Below, piece after piece: positions 27,011 through 41,031 of a stretch of 64,000 bases of DNA. The stretch is from assembly GCA_951406725.2 (NCBI GenBank), contig OX597825.1, positions 30,938,001-31,002,000 on the forward strand. Direction: 5' to 3'. Position 1 is the first letter of the stretch. Each line of letters starts with the position of its first letter. The DNA is from Octopus vulgaris (Eukaryota). A program made the position numbers and the translations under genes. Under the pieces are notes generated by a model. That model was not told the origin of the DNA. It worked only from the letters and a program-made list of their open reading frames with translations, and searched no databases.

Positions 27011-28679
27011 TAAAGAATAAAGGAAGAGTTATGTGTAGGCTTGTTGAAGAGGCAATACATGACTTCTCCACATTACAGAATGGTGAGTGAGTGCAAATGG
27101 GGTGGAATCGAAAAAAGAGATATAAATGGTGGTAACAAAGGGTTAGGGTGTACCCTTCTGGTAAAAGAAGATGAACAGAGGATCAGAAAAGCTGGATGAG
27201 TAAAGTTGCAATAGCATAGGAGGAGTAGCATGAGGAAGAGATATAGTTACAGATAGGAGTAGGGGTGATTGTAGTGAACAATGAACAAGAGTAGAGGCGC
27301 TCAAAGACAAATATGAGTGGGGTGGGAGGATGGTAAGAATGTGGTGGATTTCAATAGCCTTGTGATGACAGGCAGTATATATATGTATATCTTTATTCTA
27401 TTCAACCCTTGTTAGCATAGAAAATGGATGTAAAAGAATGATGGTATAGTCATGATATTGAAAATAAAAAATACATATCCTATATATTATATATATTGCA
27501 TCTATATATGACACGCACGTACTTACAGAGTTTATTAATTTTGGGAAAATATTCTACATCACAAAATAGATATATCTATGGAGATACGTAAATATATAAA
27601 TGAGTAAAAAAATATTGACTCATAAACAAAAGATTATTTTAGATACACAAACACACATACACACATGCACATGCACACACACATGTGCACAGACACTTGC
27701 TCACATGCACACACACACGTACACACATGCATGCAGGCAGACACACACACATACACATGCACATGTACACACACACACACACATGCATGCACACATATAT
27801 AAACTTGTGAATATCTAAATGCATGGACTTATACTGTATTTTATGTAAATGTACGAATACATATACAAATAGACACACAGACACACACTTTTAAGAGAAG
27901 AAAGAGAAACAGCTATATCCTTTTCTACTCTAGGCACAAGGCCTGAACGTTTATAGGGGAGGGGACATTTGATTGGATTGACCCCAGTTGATCCTGTGTG
28001 ACTCTTTTTCTCTGGCCTTCATTCTTTCCTCTTTTCTTTCTCTCACCCTCTCACTTCTATTCTAGCCTTTCTACATACTCTTTTTTCTCTCTCTCTCTCC
28101 TGTATTCCTAACCTCTCTTCTTCTTCATACCTTCCCTTTTTCTCTCTCTCTCTCTCTCTTGTATTCCTAACCTCTCTTCTTCTTCTTCATACCTTCCCTT
28201 TTTCTCTGTCACTCCCTCTCCCTGCTGCTGCCACATGACCAGTGGTCAGTTCCCCTTTTCCTTCCTTACACTGGTCCCGGAGATCGGTTGCAAATTCTTT
28301 GTCTCTCTGTTCTCCATTCTTCAAGACATTTTCTAAGCGTTACCCACTAATTTTGTCTCCTTAGCCCCAAAGTTGTATTTGTTCGATTGTTTGTCCTCGT
28401 CGACCGTCCTAAATCACACTCTGTGTCATTTTGCTTGTTTTGATTGTTTTATTTGCTCTTGTCCCTAATTCTCTGCAAGAAAACTTTTTTTGTGGGCACC
28501 ACCAATTGGGAAGTGCTCAGTCTTATCATTAAAGGTGTGAAACTGAATATTATCAATTGATTGATAACTGATGAAGAATTACGGACCTTCTGTATCTCTC
28601 CCATTGGCTTTTACATTCAATATATGTTATGTCGTTTATTGATACACTCATTCATTTATTAGGTAATGGAATGCAACAC

Positions 28680-29105
28680 ACCCTTAAGGGTTAGCCACAT
28701 TTAGGTGGCAAATATACTTCACTATGTCATGCTGCTACTGTTTATATCTCGCTCAGAGATTTATTATTGCTTGTTTCCACTTCTTCAAGATCAGTGACTT
28801 TTCGTTACTGAAAAAAGTATATATATTTGCATTGAGAATCACTTCCCATAGCCAACTGGTGGTTGTCACACACTGATGATAGATCAATATCCAGAAACTC
28901 AGGTCCGTGTGTATCACGTCAGGCTGGAGATGGGAATGATGACTTCCCTTTGCAAATACTGATAGAGCACAGATAATAGTGTGTCAATAGCCAGCTGTAG
29001 GAGATATCTTCCTGGGGTAAGCTGCAGTAGCATTGACCCTTAAGGGTTAGCCACATTTAGGTGGCAAATATACTTCACAATGTTGTGCTGCTGCTGTATA
29101 TATCT
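28680..29105 (+). mobile_element. 356-bp unit with 70-bp terminal direct repeat carrying a hammerhead (retrozyme/Penelope pLTR-like)
   Basis: ACCCTTAAGGGTTAGCCACATTTAGGTGGCAAATATACTTCAC... at 28680-28749 and 29036-29105. Confidence 0.7.
28867..28911 (+). ncRNA. Putative type-I minimal hammerhead ribozyme
   Basis: CACAC-A, CUGAUGA, stem II UAGAU-caau-AUCCA (one mismatch), GAAA, C-ucag-G, UC cleavage site after 28905, then C-GUGUG. Confidence 0.7.
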
Positions 29106-29132
29106 ATTTATTCTTTATTATTGCTTATATAT

Positions 29133-29530
29133 ACTCTTTTACTCGTTTACTTGTTTCAGTCATTTGACTGTGGCCATGCTGGAGTACCGCCTTTAGTCGA
29201 GAAAATCGACTCCAGGACTTATTCTTTGTAAGCCTAGTACTTATTCTATCAGTCTCTTTTGCTGAACCGCTAAGTTACGGGGACGTAAACACACCAGCAT
29301 CGGTTGTCATGCGATGTTGGCGGGGACAAACACAAACACACAAATATATATATATACAATAAAAAGATGGGCTTCTTTCAGTTTCCATCTACCAAATCCA
29401 CTCACAAGGTTTTGGCCGGCTTGAGGCTATAGTAGAAGACACTTGCCCAAGGTGCCACACAGTGGGACTGAACCCGGAACCATGTGGTTGGTAAGCAAGC
29501 TACTTACCACACAGCCACTCCTACACCTAT
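29133..29530 (-). mobile_element. SINE family A, full length
   Basis: Reverse complement of the family A consensus from head to AAAAGAGT tail. Confidence 0.9.
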
Positions 29531-29620
29531 ATATATATATTAATACAAATATATGCAACATATAATATATATATATATGTGGAGGAGAAAAAGAGAGGGG
29601 AAGAAAGTGAGAGAGAGAGT

Positions 29621-29652
<32 letters not shown>

Positions 29653-30185
29653 ACATGTTTATGTAATTAAGAATTTTGTTTCCTCAGCCAAATGGTTTCA
29701 GGTTGCATATATATATATATCCATTTCAGATAATCTTACCATTTGGTTTCACACACAAATTAATTGATTATCTGTGAATGTGCTCTTCAGAGCGGTCAGT
29801 ATGGAAAATTTAGTAACAGCTCTCTTTTAAAGGAGGTCGATGTGTGTCACATCTGGTTTGAGGGTGTTGTCAAATAAATATAGAAATTCACTCATGGGAG
29901 ATGTTCAGAGAAAGATTCTACGAAGTGTCACATCACTTGCCAAACAAGCACAAAAAAAAAAAAAAAAAAAAAAAAACCCTGGATGAGTGATAGCTGCCAG
30001 GAAAGTGAGAAAAATGGATTTAGTTTTCGAAATGTGTCCCCAAAACAAGGTATTCAATTATAATTAATCAAAAAGTTTAATTTTCTATTCTATGAGCAAT
30101 AATTCAACTTTTAGATCAACTAATCTCCCACACTCTATCTGTTGCCATCAGACTCTCTCTCTCTCTCTTATGCCTATCCCCTCTC

Positions 30186-30186
<1 letters not shown>

Positions 30187-30228
<42 letters not shown>

Positions 30229-30420
30229 TTAACGTTCGCTTTCCATGCTAGCATGGGTTGGACGATTTGACTGAGGTCTGGCGAACCAGATGGCTGCACC
30301 AGACTCCAATCTGATCTGACAGAGTTTCAACAGCTGGATGTCCTTCCTAACGCCAACCACTCTGGGAGTGTAGTGGGTGCTTTTACATGCCACCGGCACG
30401 AGGGCCAGTCAGGTGGTACT
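30187..30420 (-). mobile_element. Family C repeat with long (GAT)n tail
   Basis: (CAT)n TTAACGTTCGCTTTCCATGCTAGCATGGG...CTTCCTAACGCCAACCAC. Confidence 0.85.
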
Positions 30421-31020
30421 GTCTCTGTATATGTATACCTCTCGCACATGCTGCATTCCCACCTCTTGTCAAGACATAATTGTTTTCATTTCAATTAAAA
30501 CTTCATTGCTGTACTGTTTACTTTCATTTTGTGATAGACAACTATCATGCAAAAAGGGCTAGCTTCCAAATCCTCTTTTATGATTGGGTAAAAATTATCA
30601 ACTTTCAATCTATGCAACCTTTTGCTAAAATTTTTTCTGGAAAAAATGAATCTCAAAACCAGATTCAGCATGCAAAAGTACATCAATATAGCAAATTTGA
30701 AAATTTATATTTATGCATGTGTGTGTGTGTCTCCTTGCTTTGACATTGCAGAGTAACCGCAAATGAGTATCACTGTTGCATGCAGTGGTGCACTTCCATG
30801 CTTATGTCAAAATATGCTTTACTATGGGGAAAACAGGTGAGGGTTAGTGACAGGAAGAGCATCCAGCTGTAGAAAATCTACTTCAATAATTTCTGTCAGA
30901 CCCATGCAAGCATGGAAAAACTGGCATTAAAATGATGATGATTATATTGATGATAATGATGGTGATGAAATACGTATGCATAGACAAAATATACAAACAC
31001 ACATATACAGGGAAATAGTG

Positions 31021-31056
<36 letters not shown>

Positions 31057-31695
31057 ATGCATGTGTGTGTGCTCAGTATATAAAACAAACGTTTGTACTT
31101 AAGCTAGTCAGTTGCAGTACTAAGAAAACAATAATGGAAAAGTCCCCAGTGAAGAATAAATATCAATAATGTAGACTAGCCAATGGCAAAGAGGATACTA
31201 AAACAATACTCTATCAATTTAGACAAGCAATCCCTACCCTTTATACGCATACCCTACCCCTGTGATACAGAATGCAGCAGAATGCCAAGTGGATAGTGTA
31301 TCATTAAAATAGTTGACAAGTTAGAGGTTTGCGTCGTGTAACTGTTGCCTTTTTCTGACTATCTCCACGGTCAGATAGTCAGCACACATATGGCTCAGTC
31401 AACTGTCCACACATAGGCTCAACAGTATTAGAAAATACTGTAGTGAAAAATGTGAAGTGCTTTGTCAGCTGGTCATGCTGGACTGGTACTCTATCCAGGA
31501 AGTCTGGTTATGATTCTGTTCTTAGAATGATTTGGTGCCTTCCAATAATTCTTTGAAACCCAAGTCTTCAGTTGTGCTATAAATGTCAATAATGTACATA
31601 ATTCCTCATCTTTTAAATATAGAACTGAAGAAAAGACATATCCAATATGCCATGTAATGGGATTGAACCTAAGACCTCAAATCTGTCCATCTGTC

Positions 31696-31793
<98 letters not shown>

Positions 31794-32064
31794 GGTGGTG
31801 GTGGCAGTGTTAGTGATGGTAGAATTAGAGAAAAGAAATGGTGGGACATGCTGCAAACATGTTGGTGAACGAATCTTAGTCCATCAGGTGCTGCATGATG
31901 TTCTTTAGACATGTTGCAGCAACTCTATCCTAGATTCGTCAATGGTTATTCAAACATGGTATATCTGTTTATTTTATTTCACATTACATTTTGTGGGAAA
32001 TAGTGTTGTTGGTTATAAGTTTTCAAGATTCACAATTCGCACACTACTGCCAATCTTAGGACTT

Positions 32065-32492
32065 AGTAAAGACTGCAACAACTCTGTGAAAAATGTTTGA
32101 AGAGTTAAGTAAATACAAAGATGTGGCATCAAAGAATGACAAAAGTACCTGTGATCATCAGAGCTTTGGGAATAATACCAAATGACATTCTTAATCACTA
32201 TGGTCAAATACCAGGGAACCAAAATGTATCAGAACTACAAGAAATTCTTCTCCTGGACACTGCTAACATGCTAAGAAAAACACTGTCAACCTGAGAATAT
32301 CTTGATCTTTTATACTCATTTTCAAATCTTAAATATTGCAACAAATTTTTAACCAAATCTTAATTCCCAGTGTATGTCTCCTTCACTAGTGATATATCAT
32401 TGCTACTTATAAACACAACAAAATGTCTTACTTATTGTTTCTTGAAGTCTCTGGGTGAGACTTGGAACAGCTGGTATGAAACCAAGCAATAA
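32065..32492 (+). mobile_element. 3' end of an R4/Dong-type LINE (endonuclease C-terminus and 3' UTR)
   Basis: ELSKYKD..., KVPVIIRALGII...ELQEILLLDTANMLRKTLST*; 3' UTR motif TCTCTGGGTGAGACTTGGA matches TCTCTGGATGAGACTTGGA at the 3' end of the 12.7-kb copy. Confidence 0.75.
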
Positions 32493-32506
32493 CAACAGCA
32501 ACAACA

Positions 32507-32849
32507 GGTGGAGGCACAATGGCCCAATGGTTAGGGCAGCAGACTCGCGGTTGGAGGATCGCGGTTTCAATTCCCAGACAGTGTGTGTGTTTATTGAGCG
32601 AAAACACATAAAGCTCCACAAGGCTCCAGCAGATCCCTGTTGTACTCTTTCGCTCCAACTTTCTCTCACTCTTTCTTCCTGTTTCTTGTCCTCGACTTCC
32701 TATGCAATCGCTGAGCCTGGATGCGCATTCATCCATCCGTTGATGCTCTCGGTGTCGGGGGTTGACCAGCTTTCTCTTCTGTGGGTCTTACGAATAGCAA
32801 AGGACCACGTTTCAGACTTCTCCCACTAATGGGACAAAGACAGTTCGCT
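32507..32849 (+). mobile_element. tRNA-derived SINE family E with 14-bp TSD
   Basis: GTGGAGGCACAATGGCCCAATGGTTAGGGCAGCAGACTCGCGG...GGTTTCAATTCCC head; CAACAGCAACAACA at 32493-32506 and 32850-32863. Confidence 0.85.
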
Positions 32850-32904
32850 CAACAGCAACAACAATGACAAAAAAAACCAAAAAAACAACAGTAGCAAATG
32901 GATC

Positions 32905-33115
32905 AATCCATCATGTCCATCTGATCCCAAGATTGTGAAGAAAGAAGATGAAAGTTTGGAAAACTAAAACCCCTTAAAATTTGAGGTCGTGAGGATTTAG
33001 AACATGAAATCTGCAAAGGTTGTACCTGTGATAATTAGCGCATCAGGGACTGTGAGTAATTACATTGACAAATGATTAAATGAGATTGGAATGGGGAGTT
33101 TTGTAGAATTTATAC
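32905..33115 (+). pseudogene. Second fragment of a restriction-like endonuclease domain (R4/Dong type)
   Basis: CPSDPKIVKKEDESLEN*NPLKFEVVRI*NMKSAKVVPVIISASGTV, matching the P.D..KE.EK..KY..L..E...VVPVVIGALG pattern. Confidence 0.65.
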
Positions 33116-33376
33116 TTGTATGTCATGTAATGAGAAGAGCAGTGTTGCTGTGAATTTTCTTTCCCTTTTTCTTTTTTATTTTTGTTTACTTTTTATTTCT
33201 ATTTCTTTATTTTTTCTCTGTCTTTCTTCTCCTTTTTCTCTATCACATGACTTCATAAATGAACAATATGGTTTGTTTATTTTAATGGCCTACCAATGTA
33301 TACAATGCGTTTCTCTGCCCTAGGTGTCAGGAAGACATTTGGAAAGAAATAGAAACAGAATTGAAAGATGTTGATG

Positions 33377-33447
<71 letters not shown>

Positions 33448-34091
33448 AAGAAGAAGAAGAAGAAGAAGAAGAAGAAGAAGAATGATAATAACATATGCAG
33501 TACCAGGCAGTGGCTCTCATGGCTTTTGATTTTAATTAATTGAAAGTGTTATCATGTATATGTCTTGGTATAAAAGATGGTCTACAGCAAATATTCTGCT
33601 CAATACCACAGATTTGCTTGTCAGTTGCTTGACCTTTACCAGTTGAGCATGTCCCTTGGTGGCTACCGATATGTGCTTTTCAGATCATGAGCAGAAGTAG
33701 TGAGGGAGCATCATAGCCATGTGTTGAGAGGAACTCTTTAGGATTTGGATAATTCACCTCTGGAAACATGGGTGTTTCATTCAACATCCTTAAACAACCC
33801 TTATTCAGGGACCTTTTGAACAGGATGAGCTACTCGACCTGAAAGAAAATTTAACTGGGCTCCACCTGCAAGGTCATCTGCTGTTTATCTTGATATGAAA
33901 TCACCATGCTGTGCACATATGGTTGAGATGCATGTGCCTGGTGTAACTCTATCAGATGGGTAGTCATAATGGGTATATTGGGCTTCACATATTTAAACCC
34001 CAGGTGCGACTTTGATGGCAAGCACTGCTCTCTCATTCAACAACAACAACAACAATAATAATTAAGGCATCAGACACAGTTTATAATAATG

Positions 34092-34141
<50 letters not shown>

Positions 34142-35061
34142 TAAAGCATCAGACACAGCTTAAAAGAATAATAATAATAATAATAATAATAATGATAATA
34201 ATAATAATAATAATACTAATAATAAAATTGATAATGATAATGATAATTAAAGCATCAGACAGCTTAAAAGAATAATAATAATAAAAATGATATTGATCTT
34301 TTCTACAACAGGCACAAGTCCTAAAATCGTGTGTTAGGGGGCTAGTCAATTATATCAATCCCAGCATTCAACTGGTACTTATCTTATTAAGCCCCAAAAA
34401 GATGAAAGGTAATGATGACCTCAGCATAAATTGAACTTAGAATGCAAAGAGCAGGAAAAAAAATGCCACTAAGCACATTGTTTGATCTGCTAACGACTCT
34501 ATTAACTTGCCACCTTAATAACAACAACAACAATAACAACAAGAATAATAATGATGATGATGATGATGATGAGGATAAAGATGATGATGATGATGATGAT
34601 AATACTATAATCTATTGTTTTCAACAGGAAATATATATCATTGATAGATGAAAAGTTTAGATAGATAAAAATAAAAAAGTAAATAAAAATGTCATTTGAA
34701 ACACCAATAAGAAGTGGGCAGGGTGGGGATGACAAAATCTATTTCTTTATCATTTTTCTGAAAGACATTTTATTTAGAGTAATAACTGAAAGTAAAAAAA
34801 AAACACAAAAAACAGAAGAAACAAAACAAAACCCCATAAAAATAACAAGACAGCTGATATTCCTTGTTTCAGAAAAAAAATCTATGAATAAGAAAACCTT
34901 ATCAAGTAAGCAACATAAATCTTGTGTGTGTGTGTGTGTGTGTGTGTGCATGTGTGTGCACATCCACATGCACATGCATATGTGTGTGTGTACATATGTG
35001 TATGTATGTATGCATGTTAGTACAGTTGTACAAGTATGAACACAAGTATGGAATTTTATTA

Positions 35062-35100
<39 letters not shown>

Positions 35101-36643
35101 GTTTTGAAATGTAGAGCACTCTTCAGCCACATATAGAATTTTTTAATTAAATAGACAATGTTCCTTTTTATACTTATTCCATTTGCCACTGCCCATGTAG
35201 AAGTACCTTCTACTACCATGTTCTCAATGATGAAATTAACCTCTCTGTCTATATATCTACCCTGTTTGTAATGTTTAGTCAAACAAATCAACCACAGAAC
35301 ATTGTTTGTAAACCCAATACTTATTCAATCGGTCTCTTTTGCCAAACCGCTAAGTTACAGGGATGTAAACACACCAACATAGGTTGTCAAGGAAAGGTGA
35401 TGGGACAAACACAGATGCACAAATACACACACACACATATATGATGAGCTTCTTTCAGCTTCTGTCAACCAAATCCACTCACAAGGCTTTGGTTGGTCAG
35501 TGACTTTAGCAGAAGACATTTGCACAAGGTGCCATACAGTGAGACTGAACCTGAAACCATGTGGTTGGGAAGCAAGCTTATTACCATAGAGCCACATACA
35601 CACACACACTCATATACATACATACATAAAGGTTACATGTGTTTGTAAGGTGCTTAGCCGCTTGAGCATTAATTTCAAAAGCAGGCTGTTCCATCATTGT
35701 AAATGATGGAATATCAGTTATATGCATATAGACACACACACATACATATATACCTATATAATTATATATATATATATATATATACATATACATAACAGTT
35801 ATGCATACACAGATGTACGTGAGCATATGTCTATATGTGTGTGTGAGGGCAAGTATGTGTGTATGTTTATCCCTCCTCCTCTTGAAAGTGCATAATTGCT
35901 GTAAATGAATGTCACTGTCCTACAAGCAGTGTTGTTCCTTTCCAGTAGTTTGGCTTTGGAGGAATCATTACCTTGCTTGGAAACAGGTGAAAGTTGATGG
36001 TAGAAAGAGCATCAAGTCATAAAAAATTTGCCACACTAAACTCCATCCAAATGAAGCAAGTAAAGAAGAGTGGACATTAAAACAATGGTAATGATGGCTT
36101 AGGTGGAAAATCAGATTGGTGTTTGCAATCAAGGGAGACAAATATGGACATATTTCATTCTTATTGCACCTTTGCTAACATAATATAGAACGCGAAAGCA
36201 TGCTTTGGTTATCCACAACAAGTTTTAAAAATATAGGAAAATAAAGAGAGAAAGATTTTGGCCAGTATGATTTGCATAATGAAATAATAAAATGAACTAA
36301 GGGAAATGAATCTGATAAACTAATAGCAAAAATTTAAATAATTAAGTTAAGGAGTGAGGTAATGAATGACGTAGGCAATGAATTCTCACTTAGCTGATAT
36401 TTTTCCTCTTAGATCAGGGAAGTGAACAAAACATAACAGTAACTGTTAGCAAATCTCATATGAAAACTGACACTTATAAATATATCAAATATGTGTGTAT
36501 ATGTGTGTGTGTGTATGTGTGGATTAAAATAACTTTGCTTTATATATATGTATATGAACATATATATGTATATACACACACATCCGTTTGTATATTTGCA
36601 CATGTATTCATACATTCATATATATGTATATATGTGTGTGTAT

Positions 36644-36685
<42 letters not shown>

Positions 36686-37051
36686 ATGTATGTATGTATG
36701 AATGTATGTATATGTGTGCGTGTGCGCGTGTGTGTGTATGAATGTATATATAAATTACTTTTTATAATGTTCTTGTTGAAGTCCTCAGGGTAATTGAAGA
36801 AAACATTTTTATTATTGTTGTTAATATCGTTATTATTATAATATTATTATCATTATCATTATTATCCCTATGATTAGCATTACCAAATTTTTTTTTTTCC
36901 CTTTTTGCTTCAATAAATACTAGTTAGAGCGCAAAAAATGTGTAGCCTTAGAAACAACACAAAATACTCACTGAACACTTTACAGAAAAAAAATATCTCT
37001 ATCTATCTATATCTATATCTATCTATCTATCTATTTATCTATCTATCTATA

Positions 37052-37092
<41 letters not shown>

Positions 37093-38909
37093 ATGATATA
37101 TATATATATATATAAAGACACACACACACAAACATGCGCCTTCCCTCGCACATACTAACACACACTCACCAACACTTACGTTTCTCTTGATGAATTCCTT
37201 GGCAAGAGTCCAGCTTCGCAGACAACTTGCTAAGGCATTCTGCCAATAATTCCAGTTCAATAAAATGCTCAGCTTCTTTTTCAGAAGGATACTTGCTGTA
37301 TAGTCTTTTAAAAACGTTTGTGGGATATCATTATGATGACAAAAGTTAAACATACGCAACTAAACGTGTCTGGTATCTACTCTCTACTAAGAAATATCAT
37401 TGTTACTGTACAATTGTGGATTGGCAGGATCTACAATGCATCGGGCAAAACACCCTTGCTGTGTTTAATGTATTTAATTACATCTCTTTAAGTACAAAAG
37501 CTCTTTAAGTTTGTGAGTCCAAATTTACCTTTCATACTTCATGAGTTGATGCACAAAATAAAAGGACAAATCAAGCATTATGGTTAATACAATCATATAT
37601 ACACTCCCACCAAAGCAATAAAATATAATTGTAGCTTTATGGCTGCTATAAAACCTTATTGTTGTTGTGAAGCTGTGTAAACACTCTCTGTTTCAACAAT
37701 CTAAAACGAGTAAGTCAAACTCGGTTGGCTTTATGAGCAGGATTGAAGCATAAACTGAATCTTGTGAGCTGGATGGGGACAATTATTCCTGAAAAGAATA
37801 TCAAATCAAAAATGTAGGCAAAAGTAAAAGAGACAAAGTGGATGAAGGGGTCAATACATATTACAATGATGTTATTAAGATTTGTGTGCAGAGATGCATG
37901 GTGGGGGTGAAACATCCATGTGGCATGTATGTATGTGTGTGTATGTGTGTGTGTGTGTGTATGTGTGTGTGTGTGCGTGTGTGTATGTATACATACATAC
38001 ACATATATCATTATTTAACATCCGCTTTCCATGCTGGTATCGGTAGAACAGTTTGACATGAGCTGGCCAGCTAGGGAGCCACCCAGGTTCCAGTTGCCAA
38101 TTTTGGCATGATTTCTACAATTGGATGCCCTTTCTAGTGACAACCATTTCACAGAGTGTACTGGGTGCTTTTCTCTGTGCTGGTGCAGAGGTAGTGACCT
38201 AGTTGATAGTTAAATATTCCTATCTCTCTTGTATAGGACACCATCTGTAAATCACCTGATGATATCTATTTCTCTGCCTCCAAAGAAGAAAAAGAAATTT
38301 CTGTAAAGTAATTGAAGGTATGGTGTGGAAGTGCTTACAGTAGTTCAATACAAAGCATCCAGGAATGGCAAAGTGTTTAAGAAGCTGACTTCATGACTGC
38401 AAATTTTAAGGCTTGTTAGCACCACAAAGCACTTGGGACAACTGTTTGCTACTGTAGTCAACAAAAGTCTAGGATCCACCAGAGCTTCAAATTTGGTAGA
38501 CAGAAAATTTTCAGAAGCCTGTCTGTATGCAATTATTTGCATATCAATGAATGACAAAAACTGTGTATCCAACAAAAGTAGTTTGCATATTTTGTTCTGT
38601 AAGTAATATCTTGGATTAAATGCAAGTTGGTTTTGCTCAGGGAATCAATAAAATAAGTATTAGACAATGTACTGGAGTTTATCTAATTGACTGAAACCAT
38701 TAAAAGTGATGACCCAAGATGGTCACATTTCCACGAATGAAAGTAATAAAAAGAAAAAAAAAAGAAAAGATCATCAATTTGATTCTTTTGGAAAATAATG
38801 GTTTATGCGTTATCTGATGATGTGTGTTTATTTGCAAAGGGTATGAGTATGACTAGATGTGAGTGTATGTTAATATACATACATATGTACATATATATAT
38901 TTATATATC

Positions 38910-39270
38910 ATTGTCATCAACATCATCATCGTATAACGTCCGCTTTTCATGCTGGCATGGGTTGGATGGTTTGACTGCGGGCTGGCAAGCAAGAAGGCTG
39001 CACCAGCCTCCAATCCAATCTGGCAAAGTTTCTACAGCTGGATGCACTTCCTAATGCCAACCACTCTGAGAGTGTAGTGGGTGCTTTTTATGTGCCATGG
39101 GTATGAGAGCCAGTCAGATGGTACTGGCATCGACCAGGCTTGAATGGTGCTATTTACGTGCCACCAGCATGGGAGCCAGTCAGGCGGCACAGCCAATGAC
39201 CACATTCGAATGGTGCTTTTCACGTGCCACCGGCATGGGACCAGTCAGCCGGCACTGGCATCGACCCCAC
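38910..39270 (-). mobile_element. Family C repeat with internal GTGGCACGT subrepeats
   Basis: Tail at ~38925-38950 plus three TGCTTTT.ACGTGCCAC-like units. Confidence 0.8.
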
Positions 39271-39849
39271 TTGAATATATGCATATGTGTGTGTGTGTGT
39301 GTGTGTTTACTTAATTGTTTTTACCAGTAGAATGTATATGAGGAAAAGCTATAACTAACAACATGAAAGAATATTGGGTTAAAGATCCCGTTGGATGGAA
39401 ATGCTGGTAAAAACAAAGATTCTAAAATGGATGGACAAAATGTGAAGTTTTGATTTGTTATAATGGCTAGTACATTCAACATTAAAAGCAATCATTTCTA
39501 TATATCTCATAGTTTCAGAATTCTTATGATGTAAACAATACACACACACACATGCATATGCACATACACATATATATATATACATACATGCATATATATA
39601 TACACACATACATATATATACATGATTATATATATATATATATATATACATACACACACACACACATATATATATATACATACATATATATATATATATA
39701 AATAAATATGTAAACATACATCTATTACGATACACATGCACACACACACACACACACACACATATTCTGTTATTCATTTCAGCTATGTGGTGACAGCATG
39801 CTCGAGCACAACTCTGATCATGTACTTTTATATATCGTTCTTCTTCAGT

Positions 39850-40190
39850 GGATTTCTTCAGGGTGGTGGAATTTCATATCATATCTACTTTTCCCTTGGT
39901 TATTGGCCCATTTGATGTGCGAGGGAGTTTGATATTGCTGCCCACATGCTGGGCCATTGGTTTTTCTAGTATCATGCATAGGAGAATGTCCAGTTCTTTA
40001 CTTAAGACATCCACATCCACATTGTTTAGGTTTCTTAATATTTTTGACAGGGCATTGACGTGCAGTGGTCCTTTGAACCCTGAGCTATTGCAGTATTTGG
40101 TCCTGACTTTAGATTGGGGAAGAGTACAATGCATTGTACCAGTTCAGGCATTTCTATAGCACTTGATGCTGAAATTAGGCACAGCCCTTC
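39850..40190 (-). pseudogene. C-terminal remnant of a CR1/L2-group LINE ORF2
   Basis: SKVRTKYCNSSGFKGPLHVNALSKILRNL..VDVDVLSKELD resembles the S..F.GP.LFN.LP..LR....FK..LD ending of CR1/L2-group ORF2; clade assignment uncertain. Confidence 0.55.
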
Positions 40191-40417
40191 CAGAATTTTC
40201 TGCATATAGATTATTACATATCAGTTACATCTCCACTATGTATATCAGGTGGGTTTCTTTCAGTTTCCTTCTGCAAAACAGACCCACAAGGCTCTAGTTA
40301 AACTGGACTGATAGAAGATACTTACTTAGGGTGTCCTGCAATGAGATGGAACCCAAATCCATGTAGTTAGGAACTGAACTTCATATATATATATATGTGT
40401 GTCTGTGTTTGTATATT

Positions 40418-40800
40418 TTTATTTGTTTCAGTCATTTCACTGTGCCATGCTGGACTGCCACCTTTAGTCGAACAAATCAATCCCAGGACTTATTTTTTGT
40501 AAGCCTAGTACTTTTTCTATCAGTCCCTTATGCTGAACTGCTAAGTTACGGGGATGTGAACACATCAACATTGGTTGCCAAGCAATGATGGTGGACAAAC
40601 ACAGACACACACACACATATGTGTACAATGGGCTTTTTTTCTTTCAGTTTCTGTCAACCAAATCCACTCATAAGGCTTTGGTTGGCCCAAGGCTACAGTG
40701 AAAGACATTTGTTCAAAGTGCCATGCAATGGTACTGAACCCGGCACCATGTGGTTGGTAAGCAAGCCACTTAACACACAGTCCCTCTTGTGCCTATATAT
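40418..40800 (-). mobile_element. SINE family A, diverged full-length copy
   Basis: Reverse complement of the family A consensus. Confidence 0.8.
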
Positions 40801-40812
40801 GTATGTATATAG

Positions 40813-40849
<37 letters not shown>

Positions 40850-40976
40850 CATATATATTGGTTTTGGATTTGGTTTGCAAGATTCTTTATGAAGAAAATA
40901 GAAAATAGAAATTTTACCAGTGAGTGTGTTTGTTAAATTATAAGGCACAAAAGAAAATAACTCTCCCCAGACACAG

Positions 40977-41031
<55 letters not shown>

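Noticed and set aside
28080-28205. ~62-bp pyrimidine-rich tandem duplication
   Set aside because: Ordinary local duplication in low-complexity CT-rich DNA
31355-31382. 10-bp hairpin CTGACTATCT/AGATAGTCAG as a miRNA or terminator
   Set aside because: Too short for a pre-miRNA, pairing does not extend, and intrinsic terminators are not relevant here
31647-31868. Poly-R/S/G ORF
   Set aside because: (AGA)n(AGT)n(GGT)n microsatellite
32507-32590. tRNA-like sequences here and at all SINE heads
   Set aside because: A and B boxes are present but there is no complete cloverleaf, and they continue into SINE bodies with TSDs; not tRNA genes
34060-34290. Three copies of ATTAA(A/G)GCATCAGACA separated by (AAT)n
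   Set aside because: Best explained by local slippage duplication within a microsatellite; spacers are simple repeats
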